A DNA stretch of 64,000 bases from IMG/VR virus record IMGVR_UViG_3300045988_072631; one strand, written 5' to 3'. A program made the position numbers and the translations under genes. This document shows positions 34,497-43,067 of this stretch, piece after piece; position 1 is the first letter of the stretch, and each line of letters opens with the position of its first letter. The notes under the pieces are model-generated. The model worked only from the letters and a program-made list of their open reading frames with translations. It did no database searches and was not told where the DNA came from. The stretch is from a virus.

Positions 34497-34756
34497 AAGT
34501 GGATTTACTGGAGGATGCGTACATATGCATCAGCAAAGACGAGTATATCAATTTGGTAGATCAGGAAACTAGAGTGAATGTTCTGGTTGGTTTGATAGCT
34601 GCCGGATGCAAGCCGAGCGGAGAGGAAATACTTCGTATCCTTGGAACGGAACTGGCAATCGTAACCGCAAACGAATTAAGGGAGAAAAGAAATGGAACTG
34701 AAACTTTTACGAATGAAGCTGAAAAACTTCACAAAATATACCGAAAAAGAGATTGA
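34493..34756 (+). CDS. hypothetical protein (87 aa)
   Basis: ORF track. Overlaps the ATPase start by 65 nt. Confidence 0.45.
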   Translation: MKVDLLEDAYICISKDEYINLVDQETRVNVLVGLIAAGCKPSGEEILRILGTELAIVTANELREKRNGTETFTNEAEKLHKIYRKRD

Positions 34757-36614
34757 TTTCTCTAATATCACTAAAATTTCCGGTATGAACGGAGCTGGAA
34801 AGTCCAGCATTGCGACCGCATATACTTGGGTACTGTTTGATTGCGACTACAATTTGAAAAGCAGTCCGGCAGTCCGTAGGGAAGTTGACGGGGAACCGGT
34901 AATGGATTCTGATGTAGAAGTAACACTGATATTCGATCTGGATGGAAAAGAAATTTCCATGCGAAAGGTACAGCACCGGACGATCAGCAAGGACGGAGCA
35001 TCCTACAAAGATGATAATAAATATTTTATCAATGATGTTCCAAAGAAAAAAGCAGAATTTGAATCGTATCTTGGAATTGATATGGGACTTTTGAAAAGTT
35101 GTTCTAATCCAGAGGCTTTTCTTACTAAAAAAGCAGATGAAATGAGAGCATATTTGTTTTCACTGTCAGAATCTTTTTCAGATATGCATGTTTGCTGGGA
35201 GAACGAAAGCCTTCATGGATTGGCAGAAAAGCTGACAGATTATTCAGTTGAAGAGTTATCTGCCATGAATAAGAAAAAGAAAACGGATATTGAGAAAGAG
35301 CTTCCGGTTCTGGACGGACATATTAAGGAGAAAGAACGAGACATCAAGTTAAAATCCGACATGGATGTGTCTGATCTGGAATTGCAGAGAAATACATTGA
35401 AAGAACAGATTGCAGAGAATCTGAAAAAACAGGCTGATAGTCAGAACATTTTGAAAGATTATGAATCTGCTACTGCCGGAATTATGGAGCTGAAATTCAA
35501 ACTGCCAGATATGCAGAATCAGGCGAATAATGTTCTATCAGAAAAAGTCCGGAAGATCAGAAGTGAAATAGCGGATAAAACAGCCGAAAAGCGGAGATTA
35601 GAAATTGAGTCTGACAATTACAGCCGGAAAGTAGAAATATTGACAGATTCAATTAAGAGATTGACCGAAGATAAGCAGAAAATGGCTGAACTTTGGAAGC
35701 AGGAGAAAGCAAGAGTTTTTGACGAAAACAGTACCGTATGCGTGTACTGCGGGCAGGAATATCCAGAGGACAAGAAAGAACAGCTCCGGTCAGAGTTCGC
35801 AGTGCGTAAAGAAGCGGAATTGAAGCGCATCACCGACAAAGGAATGTCTCTGAAATCTTCTATCGAGGAAAATGAAAAACATATTAAGACTTTGAATACT
35901 TTTTTTGAGCATAACGCAGAATGTATTCGGAATATTGAAGAAGAAATTCGACTTCTCAGAGAAAAAGAAGCGGAAATTCCGATTGCTGCGGATATTTCTG
36001 GTAATGAAGAATATAAGAAAATTCAGAACCAGATTACTGAAAAGGGAAAGTACCTGGAACAGTTTGGAAACGCTTCTGATTTGAAAGAACAGCTTAAACA
36101 GGAAGAATCGGAGTTGAACGAACAACTGAGAGCCTGCGAACAGAAAATTGCACAGTCGGATACCTCCGCAGAAGAAGAAAGACTGGAAGAACTGAAAGCA
36201 AGAAAGCTTGACCTGGGGCAGAAAAAGACGGACGCAGAGCATATACTTGACCTTCTGGCAGAACTGGAAAAGAAGAAAAATGAGCTGCTTTCCGATGAAA
36301 TCAACAGCCATTTTGGACTGGTTAAGTGGAAGTTGTTCGAGAATGCAAAGAATGGAAATTACAAGTCCGTATGCATTCCACAGGTTGACGAAAAGTCCAT
36401 TCTGACCACCATCAGCAATAAGGGGAACCGGATTCTCGGAAAACTGGATATTTGCCGGAGTATCCAGAAAATCGAGGGAATTTCAGTGCCGATCTGGTTG
36501 GATGATTGTGAGTCGTTGGACTCTGAAAACCAGAAGAAGGTTATTGATATGGTGGACGGTCAGCTGATTATGCTGATCGTAAATGATGGCAAAGAATTAA
36601 AAGTGGAGGGGTAA
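34692..36614 (+). CDS. SbcC/Rad50-like AAA ATPase
   Basis: Walker A GMNGAGKSS, long coiled coil, C-terminal WLDDCESLD. Confidence 0.7.
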   Translation: MELKLLRMKLKNFTKYTEKEIDFSNITKISGMNGAGKSSIATAYTWVLFDCDYNLKSSPAVRREVDGEPVMDSDVEVTLIFDLDGKEISMRKVQHRTISKDGASYKDDNKYFINDVPKKKAEFESYLGIDMGLLKSCSNPEAFLTKKADEMRAYLFSLSESFSDMHVCWENESLHGLAEKLTDYSVEELSAMNKKKKTDIEKELPVLDGHIKEKERDIKLKSDMDVSDLELQRNTLKEQIAENLKKQADSQNILKDYESATAGIMELKFKLPDMQNQANNVLSEKVRKIRSEIADKTAEKRRLEIESDNYSRKVEILTDSIKRLTEDKQKMAELWKQEKARVFDENSTVCVYCGQEYPEDKKEQLRSEFAVRKEAELKRITDKGMSLKSSIEENEKHIKTLNTFFEHNAECIRNIEEEIRLLREKEAEIPIAADISGNEEYKKIQNQITEKGKYLEQFGNASDLKEQLKQEESELNEQLRACEQKIAQSDTSAEEERLEELKARKLDLGQKKTDAEHILDLLAELEKKKNELLSDEINSHFGLVKWKLFENAKNGNYKSVCIPQVDEKSILTTISNKGNRILGKLDICRSIQKIEGISVPIWLDDCESLDSENQKKVIDMVDGQLIMLIVNDGKELKVEG

Positions 36615-36616
36615 AA

Positions 36617-37216
36617 ATGAGTAAAGCATTGGATATGGCAAGAGAACTGGTTAAGAAGCTGGAAGAAGAGGAAAAACAGCCAAAAGTGCAGCTTTTAACT
36701 TTGAATCCGGGAAATGTATTCAAAATTGGAGAGCATGATTTTATTGTACTGATGCAGTGCAGAGAGGAAACAGCAGTAATTTCCAAAGGATTCATGGCTG
36801 AAAATGTGAAATTTGATGAGGATTCGAGAAACTATAAAGAGTCAAATCTGAAAAAGGTTATCGAGAATCTGATCCAGCCGGTTATTGAGAAGGAAGTCGG
36901 ATCAAAAAACCTTATTGAGCATGAGGTTGATCTGACAAGTGTAGATATGCAGGATGAGTTCGGAGGATTCAAGTGCAAAGTCAGACCAATCACATTCGAA
37001 GAAGCCAGACTGTACAACAATTTACTGGTTAATAAAAACCTTAATGATTGGTGGTGGACATGCACACCTTGGAGCACAGAAGACAGAGGATGGAAATATT
37101 CAATTGCCGTTGTTGCTCCGTCCGGCCTTATCAACGACAACTATTTCAGCAACTGCTACGGTGTTCGCCCGTTTTGTATCTTAAAATCTAATATCTTTGT
37201 ATCGAAGGGAGAATGA
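36617..37216 (+). CDS. DGR target protein 1 (C-type-lectin-fold variable C-terminus)
   Basis: C-terminus WWWTCTPWS...VVAPSGLINDNYFSNCYGVRPFCI contains VR1. Confidence 0.8.
   Translation: MSKALDMARELVKKLEEEEKQPKVQLLTLNPGNVFKIGEHDFIVLMQCREETAVISKGFMAENVKFDEDSRNYKESNLKKVIENLIQPVIEKEVGSKNLIEHEVDLTSVDMQDEFGGFKCKVRPITFEEARLYNNLLVNKNLNDWWWTCTPWSTEDRGWKYSIAVVAPSGLINDNYFSNCYGVRPFCILKSNIFVSKGE
37107..37180 (+). repeat. DGR variable region VR1
   Basis: The 74 nt align to TR with 11 differences, 10 of them at TR adenines. Confidence 0.85.
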
Positions 37217-37857
37217 AAATGGGATTAACAATGAAAGCATTGCAGGAACAGATTGATGTGTTAAAAAAAGAAATGGAAGAGCTGAGAAGCGGCCAGAAAG
37301 TAGAATGCAACAAGAAATTTTCCAAATTTCTTACTATTGGTGAAACATTTGAACTGGCAGGAGTTAATTGGAAGATTATTGATATCACGAGTGATGGTTA
37401 TGTTTGTCTGTCTGATTCTATAGGTGAAATGAAATTCAGCTCTGAAAACAATGACTGGAGAACCAGCAATCTTCGAAAATATTTGAATGAAGAATTTTTG
37501 AAAAAGATGGAATCAGAAATCGGGACAGGTAATCTGATCAAATTTGAGAGAAGCCTTCTTTCTTTGGACGGTCAGACGGAGTACGGAACATGTGATGATA
37601 AAGTTTCACTTTTGACAGTGGATGAGTACCGGAAATACAGAAAGCTCATTCCAAATACAGACGATTGGTTCTGGTTGATTTCTCCGTGGAGTACACCTTG
37701 CAATGGCTTCAACAACAGTGTTACCGTTGTTGCTCCGTCCGGCAATATGCCTTCAACTACGGCGGTTACTACGGCCGCTGCGGTGTTCGCCCGTTCTGTA
37801 TCTTTTCTTCTGCAATCTTTGAATCAGAGGAAAAATAAATGCCAGAAACAGAACTGA
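37213..37857 (+). CDS. DGR target protein 2, frame-shifted inside its variable region
   Basis: Paralog of target 1 (WFWLISPWS...VVAPSG). A 5-nt duplication in VR2 shifts the frame. The ancestral frame ends at TAA 37836-37838. Confidence 0.7.
   Translation: MKMGLTMKALQEQIDVLKKEMEELRSGQKVECNKKFSKFLTIGETFELAGVNWKIIDITSDGYVCLSDSIGEMKFSSENNDWRTSNLRKYLNEEFLKKMESEIGTGNLIKFERSLLSLDGQTEYGTCDDKVSLLTVDEYRKYRKLIPNTDDWFWLISPWSTPCNGFNNSVTVVAPSGNMPSTTAVTTAAAVFARSVSFLLQSLNQRKNKCQKQN
37724..37802 (+). repeat. DGR variable region VR2 (79 nt, carries a 5-nt duplication)
   Basis: Positions 1-25 correspond to TR 1-25. Positions 26-79 correspond to TR 21-74 with adenine-specific changes. Confidence 0.8.
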
Positions 37858-38210
37858 AAGTAATTCTGAAAGCAAAAGATCTGGCAGCGCATACTTTGAG
37901 AGTGACATCGAATTGCAACCGGTATCCTAAAAAGTATAGATTTTCATTGGTGGACAAGATGCAGAATAAAGCACTTGAAATTTATGAATATTTGTACGAA
38001 GCCAACCGGACAGATTTGAAAAATTTTAAAAAGGAGCGATCAGAGTTACAGACAAAAGCAATCACAAATTGCGATGAATTGTTGTTTTATATCGAATTAT
38101 CAATGAAACTTAATATTATCAGCATGGAAAGCACGGAGTATTGGTCGAAAATGGTGTCCGATATAAAACATATGGCGATTGCATGGAGAACCAAAGATAA
38201 AGGACGATAA
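37839..38210 (+). CDS. avd: accessory variability determinant (Avd, four-helix bundle)
   Basis: 123 aa, basic and helical, lying between the targets and TR/RT. Confidence 0.75.
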   Translation: MPETELKVILKAKDLAAHTLRVTSNCNRYPKKYRFSLVDKMQNKALEIYEYLYEANRTDLKNFKKERSELQTKAITNCDELLFYIELSMKLNIISMESTEYWSKMVSDIKHMAIAWRTKDKGR

Positions 38211-38235
38211 AATTATAGGTTATGCGCTGTTTAAA

Positions 38236-38309
38236 CCGTTGTTGCTCCATCCGGCAATATCAACAACAACAATTACAACAACAGCAACGGTGTTCGCCCA
38301 TTCTGTATC
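38236..38309 (+). repeat. DGR template repeat (TR)
   Basis: A-rich AAC-codon tract (..AATATCAACAACAACAATTACAACAACAGCAAC..) matching both VRs. Confidence 0.85.
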
Positions 38310-38407
38310 AAACAGGCAGTTAGAGTAGGCAATAAGCCGAAATCAGAGAAAGATACAAAAAAGTGCATGACCTTCTCGAATAGGGTAAATACAAAGGAAT
38401 TTTTACA

Positions 38408-39430
38408 ATGGATAAAGATGTTATATGCAGCTATGAAAATCTGTATAAGGCATACCGGAAGGCTAAAACTGGAAAAGGTTTTAATGGAAGCTGTGCAAAA
38501 TTTCAGACTATGAATCTGGAAGGACTTCACTTATTGAAAGAACAACTGGAAAATCAGACATACCGGTTGAATCCGTACAACGAATTTAAGGTTTACGAAC
38601 CGAAAGAAAGAGTGATTAAATCGTGTTCTTTCAAAGACAAAATCGTCCAACATTGCTTATGCGACGAGATTTTGCATCCTGCATTAAGGGATCGCTTTAT
38701 TAGTACGAATTATGCAGGGCAGCAGGGGAAAGGTACTCATTTTGGAATGGATTGCTTGAAAGAGCAAATGATTGATTTTTATGAAGAACATAGACTTGAT
38801 GGCTGGATTCTTAAATGTGACATTAAAAAGTTTTTCTACCAGATAGACCATGAGATCCTGAAAAGAATTGTTGACTATCACTTTCCAGATGAGTACACCA
38901 AATGGTTGAATCACCTGTTTATTGAAAGCACAGAAGGTCTGGGGCTTCCACTCGGGAATCAGGTAGCTCAGGTATATGCACTTCTGATGCTAGATGGTAT
39001 GGATCACTTCATTACCGAAACACTTGGAATATCCAGATATGGAAGATACATGGATGATTTCTATTTGATCTATCCAGATAAAGAGTATTTGATGTTTTGT
39101 CTAAAACAGATCCGAGAATTTCTTGGAAGGCTGGAACTTGAATTGAATGGAAAGACACAGATTGTCCCATTCAAATGCGGAATAGCATTTACAGGTTTTC
39201 ATCACTACGTAACATTGGAAGGAAAATACATAAGAAAATTGAGTGGAACAAACAAACGAAAGATGCGTAAGAAAATCAGGAAATGGTCAGAACTGGTTAG
39301 ATCCGGGAAAATGACGGAAGAAAAATTTTTTGAGAAGTACAACGCTTGGAAAAACCATGCATTACATGGGAATTGCATTAAGTTGTGCCACTCGATGGAT
39401 TTATATGTAAAAGAATTATTGGAGGAATAA
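38408..39430 (+). CDS. DGR reverse transcriptase
   Basis: 340 aa. CDIKKFFYQIDH, LPLGNQVAQ, RYMDDFYLIY (YMDD). Confidence 0.85.
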   Translation: MDKDVICSYENLYKAYRKAKTGKGFNGSCAKFQTMNLEGLHLLKEQLENQTYRLNPYNEFKVYEPKERVIKSCSFKDKIVQHCLCDEILHPALRDRFISTNYAGQQGKGTHFGMDCLKEQMIDFYEEHRLDGWILKCDIKKFFYQIDHEILKRIVDYHFPDEYTKWLNHLFIESTEGLGLPLGNQVAQVYALLMLDGMDHFITETLGISRYGRYMDDFYLIYPDKEYLMFCLKQIREFLGRLELELNGKTQIVPFKCGIAFTGFHHYVTLEGKYIRKLSGTNKRKMRKKIRKWSELVRSGKMTEEKFFEKYNAWKNHALHGNCIKLCHSMDLYVKELLEE

Positions 39431-39436
39431 GTGATT

Positions 39437-40183
39437 ATGGCAGATACACAGGTAGCAGTAACAGAGGAAAAGAGAGAAGTATCAAGAAATAAAGTGACGG
39501 ATTACAGTCTTGGAATTTTTGGAACGTCAGATAACTTCATTATGGCTATGCAGATGGCAAAAGCATTGTCAAGTTCAACGATAGTGCCACAAACGTTCCA
39601 GAGAAATGAAGCGAATTGTCTGATTGCCATTGAGCAGGCACAGAGATTGCACGTAAGTCCGCTTATGGTAATGCAGAACCTTAATGTAATCCAGGGAAGA
39701 CCGTCATGGAGTTCCAAGTTTTTGATTGCTGCGATCAATAACAGCGGAAATTTTGATACGGAATTACAGTTCGAGGAGAAGAAGGACAAGGACGGAAAGC
39801 CATTTTCTTGCACAGCATGGGTAATGAAGAATGGTAGAAAAGTTGAAGGTATGACGGTTGACATGGATATGGCGAGAGCAGAGGGATGGCTTGGAAAAAA
39901 CGGAAGTAAATGGAAAACCATGCCACAGCTGATGCTTCGTTACAGAGCAGCATCTTTCTTTTCCAGTCTTAATTGCCCGGAACTGACTATGGGTCTGTAC
40001 ACAAAAGAAGAGATTATTGACGGTGATTTCAAAGAATACAAGATCGAAGATGTACAGGAGCAGGCTCATGAAGAGATCGTTAAGAATGCAAATTCTATGG
40101 ATTTTGAACCGGAAGAAACTGCTGGAACAGTGACTGAACCGGACGGGCAGCAGGCAATGCCGGAGTTCATGCAGGAGGGATAA
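39437..40183 (+). CDS. recT: RecT-family single-strand annealing recombinase
   Basis: MQMAKALSSSTIVPQTFQ...NVIQGRPSWSSKF pattern. The alternative GTG 39431 is also possible. Confidence 0.75.
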   Translation: MADTQVAVTEEKREVSRNKVTDYSLGIFGTSDNFIMAMQMAKALSSSTIVPQTFQRNEANCLIAIEQAQRLHVSPLMVMQNLNVIQGRPSWSSKFLIAAINNSGNFDTELQFEEKKDKDGKPFSCTAWVMKNGRKVEGMTVDMDMARAEGWLGKNGSKWKTMPQLMLRYRAASFFSSLNCPELTMGLYTKEEIIDGDFKEYKIEDVQEQAHEEIVKNANSMDFEPEETAGTVTEPDGQQAMPEFMQEG

Positions 40184-40184
40184 G

Positions 40185-40553
40185 ATGAGAGTAATTTCGC
40201 AGGATGGAACGATTGATGTTCCGTATGAAAATTTTGTATTTGGAATAACTTTAGATAATTATATATCGGCGGTTATGGATACAGCAGTAAGACCAACTGA
40301 AGTCGTGAATGGAATTATGGCTAAATATTCATCCAGAGAAAAAGCACTGAAAGTAATGGAATTGTTGAGAGAGACATATGTCGGAATACCTATCGTAATG
40401 CAGAATGTTGATGTTTCAGAAGATGTGGCAAAGGAATTTGAAAGATTAAATAAATGCGGTGTTATGGTGCGAGCAGAAAATCAGCCGTCAAAAGTAGATT
40501 TTATTAACAATGCTGTTTTCCGGTTTCCGGCGGACGATGAGGTGAAAGTATGA
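40185..40553 (+). CDS. hypothetical protein (122 aa)
   Basis: ORF track. Confidence 0.5.
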   Translation: MRVISQDGTIDVPYENFVFGITLDNYISAVMDTAVRPTEVVNGIMAKYSSREKALKVMELLRETYVGIPIVMQNVDVSEDVAKEFERLNKCGVMVRAENQPSKVDFINNAVFRFPADDEVKV

Positions 40554-40765
40554 CTCTTAAAGAACGAGTGATCGTAGAAGCCTACACAGGTTACTGTATG
40601 ACAATAGGCGAGGAAAGAGAAGAACTCTATAAATACATAGCGAATGCTATGGGAAGACCGATTTTTTCCCATGAACTTGCAGATGAAGAAATTCTAAGCG
40701 AGTTGCACGATAAAGTTAAAACGGATTTTATCAGGCTTTGCAGAGGAGAGGATGTAGAAGCATGA
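40550..40765 (+). CDS. hypothetical protein (71 aa)
   Basis: ORF track; overlapping stop/start. Confidence 0.45.
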   Translation: MTLKERVIVEAYTGYCMTIGEEREELYKYIANAMGRPIFSHELADEEILSELHDKVKTDFIRLCRGEDVEA

Positions 40766-41484
40766 TTTTAAAAACCGTAGAGAGTGGAAGCTCTGGTAAT
40801 TGCTATTTGCTCATTGCAAACAGCGGAGAAAAACTAATTCTGGATTGTGGAGCACTAGCAAAGGAAATTAAGAAAGGGCTGAACTGGGAAATCAGAAATG
40901 TTTCCGGGTGCGTTGTAACACATCAGCATGGGGATCATGCGTGCTCAGCCAAGTATCTTTCTAATATCGGAATACCAGTATTTGCTCCTTGCTTAGGAGA
41001 TGCTTCTGCAAACTTCAAGGGAGAATGGATTATCAAAGTCTTTGAATTGACAACGGTGGATGGCAAATGGACTCATACAAACGGTGATGGTTCTGAATGC
41101 CCGTGTTACGGTTTTTGGATTCATCACCCAGAGATGGGGACAATGATTTATGCAACTGACACAGAACTGATTAAGTGGAGGTTCAAAAATGTCAATCATA
41201 TTCTTCTGGGAGTCAATTATGACCCGGAATTATTATCCGGTGACGATGCAAAGAAAAACCATGTTGTCCGGGGACACATGAGCATTGATACGGCTTGCGA
41301 ATTTGTGAAAGCCAATGTGTCAGATCAGTTGCAGAACGTTATTATGTGCCATTTATCAAAAGAAAATGCAGATGCCGGTAAATTCATCGAAAAGATGAAA
41401 AAATCCGTTCCAAACGTCAATGTGTGCGTTGTGGAGCCTGGCATGGAATTAGAATTAAGGAATCCGGGTGAATGCCCGTTTTAG
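40762..41484 (+). CDS. MBL-fold metallo-hydrolase (probable nuclease)
   Basis: VVTHQHGDHA motif. Internal ATG of the track ORF. Confidence 0.7.
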   Translation: MILKTVESGSSGNCYLLIANSGEKLILDCGALAKEIKKGLNWEIRNVSGCVVTHQHGDHACSAKYLSNIGIPVFAPCLGDASANFKGEWIIKVFELTTVDGKWTHTNGDGSECPCYGFWIHHPEMGTMIYATDTELIKWRFKNVNHILLGVNYDPELLSGDDAKKNHVVRGHMSIDTACEFVKANVSDQLQNVIMCHLSKENADAGKFIEKMKKSVPNVNVCVVEPGMELELRNPGECPF

Positions 41485-41500
41485 AAAGGTGGAATGACTT

Positions 41501-41938
41501 ATCAATAAAGTAATTTTAACAGGTAGATTCGCGAAAGACCCTGACGTTAGATACTCAAACGGAGAAAAGACAACTGCGGTTGCGAGATTTACTCTGGCAG
41601 TAGAACGAAGATTCAAAGGTGATGGAAATCCGACGGCTGATTTTATCAACTGTGTAGCATTCGGAAAATCCGGGGAGTTTATCGAAAAATACTTCCGCAA
41701 AGGTATGAAAGCTAATATTTGTGGACGGATTCAGACCGGCTCTTATACGAATAAGGACGGAAACAAGATCTACACCACAGATGTTCTGGTGGAAGAAATT
41801 GAGTTTGGTGAAAGCAAAAGCAGCAATCAGCAGAGCGCAGCTCCGGCTAATCCAAGTAATGCAGTTAATCCAATGACTGATGAAAATGGTTTCATGAACA
41901 TCCCAGATGGAATTGATGAAGAGTTACCGTTTGCGTGA
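41501..41938 (+). CDS. ssb: single-stranded DNA-binding protein (no canonical start codon)
   Basis: INKVILTGRFAKDPDVRYS...DEELPFA*. The frame opens after TGA 41495-41497. The first plausible codon is ATC 41501, 8 nt after AAAGGTGG. Confidence 0.7.
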   Translation: MNKVILTGRFAKDPDVRYSNGEKTTAVARFTLAVERRFKGDGNPTADFINCVAFGKSGEFIEKYFRKGMKANICGRIQTGSYTNKDGNKIYTTDVLVEEIEFGESKSSNQQSAAPANPSNAVNPMTDENGFMNIPDGIDEELPFA

Positions 41939-41954
41939 TAAAGAGGGTGAGAAA

Positions 41955-42659
41955 ATGAAAAAATTTGAACTTACAGCAGAATGCGTAACAAATATTTTTG
42001 GAAAAAAATTATTCAGAATCAAAGCACTGGTAGCATTTGAAAATGTGAAAGAAGGAGATCTGGGCGGATTCGTGGAGAAAGAATCTAACCTCGCTAATAG
42101 CGGTAAAGCATGGGTTTGCGGTGATGCACAGGTCTACGGTGAAGCACAGGTCTCTGGTAATGCACAGGTTTGCGGTGATGCACAGGTCTACGGTGAAGCA
42201 CAGGTCTACGGTAATGCACAGGTTTGCGGTAATGCACGGGTCTGCGGTAATGCACGGGTCTACGGTGAAGCATGGGTCTACGATAATGCACGAGTCTACG
42301 ATAATGCACGGGTCTACGGTGAAGCACAGGTCTACGGTGAAGCACAGGTCTACGGTGATGCACAGGTCTACGGTGATGCACAGGTCTACGGTAATGCATG
42401 GGTTTGCGGTAATGCACGGGTCTCCGGTGATCTGGATTATGCAATTGTTGGAGGTTTTGGAAGTGAGCAGCGGACAACTACATTTTTCCGGCAGAAGGAC
42501 GGAACAGTAGGAGTGAGGTGCGGATGCTTTTACGGAACACTGGAAGAATTCAGGGGAAAAGTTAAGAAAACGCACAAAGACAGCAAATACGGACAGGAAT
42601 ACCTGATGATTGCAGATCTGATGGAATTACATTTTGCAGGAGGAAAAGAGAATGAATGA
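41955..42659 (+). CDS. hexapeptide-repeat (beta-helix-like) protein
   Basis: 18 tandem G[DEN]A[QRW]V[YCS] units followed by a Cys-containing globular C-terminus. Confidence 0.6.
   Translation: MKKFELTAECVTNIFGKKLFRIKALVAFENVKEGDLGGFVEKESNLANSGKAWVCGDAQVYGEAQVSGNAQVCGDAQVYGEAQVYGNAQVCGNARVCGNARVYGEAWVYDNARVYDNARVYGEAQVYGEAQVYGDAQVYGDAQVYGNAWVCGNARVSGDLDYAIVGGFGSEQRTTTFFRQKDGTVGVRCGCFYGTLEEFRGKVKKTHKDSKYGQEYLMIADLMELHFAGGKENE
42102..42425 (+). repeat. 18 tandem 18-bp coding repeats
   Basis: GGTGAWGCACAGGTCTAC-type units. All six frames are open across it. Confidence 0.9.
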
Positions 42660-42897
42660 GAATATGGCAGTTAGACCGGACGATAAAGCAAAATTATCAG
42701 ATGTGATTACACATACAGCGGAAATCTTGGATGGAGTTGAATGCCTTGTAAGTGATCTTGGGAGCAAACTCTATGGATATGACATGGTTTCATCACCTGC
42801 AGAAATGGGAAACTGTATGGAACAGGTACTTGTTACCAATCATGATAGATTAGCCGAAATCCGTAACAAGTTGGAGGTTATCTGCAGGAGGCTGTAA
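42652..42897 (+). CDS. hypothetical protein (81 aa)
   Basis: ATG after GCAGGAGGAAAAGAGA. Confidence 0.5.
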   Translation: MNENMAVRPDDKAKLSDVITHTAEILDGVECLVSDLGSKLYGYDMVSSPAEMGNCMEQVLVTNHDRLAEIRNKLEVICRRL

Positions 42898-43067
42898 TGG
42901 AAATGATCGAAACAAGCTTAAAGCTGTGCAAAAGCTGTAAATACGGCTTATACAATGGCACGAACGGCGGAGCAATATGCGATTACATAAGCATAACAAA
43001 GCATAGTCGCAAATGTCCGGTAGGGAAGTGCGATAAGTACCAGCCGAGAAAGAGGAAGAAGAAATGA
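42897..43067 (+). CDS. Cys-rich small protein (56 aa)
   Basis: CKSC...C...CPVGKC. taATG and ATGA coupling at the two ends. Confidence 0.45.
   Translation: MEMIETSLKLCKSCKYGLYNGTNGGAICDYISITKHSRKCPVGKCDKYQPRKRKKK

Noticed and set aside
38408-39430. Retron or group II intron reverse transcriptase
   Set aside because: An adjacent Avd-like ORF, an A-rich template repeat and two cognate variable regions with adenine-specific differences identify it as a DGR RT. No msr/msd-like inverted repeats or intron domains were seen.
42102-42425. CRISPR array (also considered for 59280-59327 and 61052-61455)
   Set aside because: The repeats are contiguous or irregularly spaced and have no unique spacers of 25-40 nt. 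The 18-bp units are coding, and the others are iteron/operator-like.
42009-42575. Three extra ORFs (two on the - strand, one on the +) over the hexapeptide-repeat region, giving H/R/P-rich or C/T/D-rich translations
   Set aside because: They are an artefact of the 18-bp repeat lacking stop codons in any frame. Only the frame with an RBS and non-repetitive flanking domains (41955-42659) is credible.
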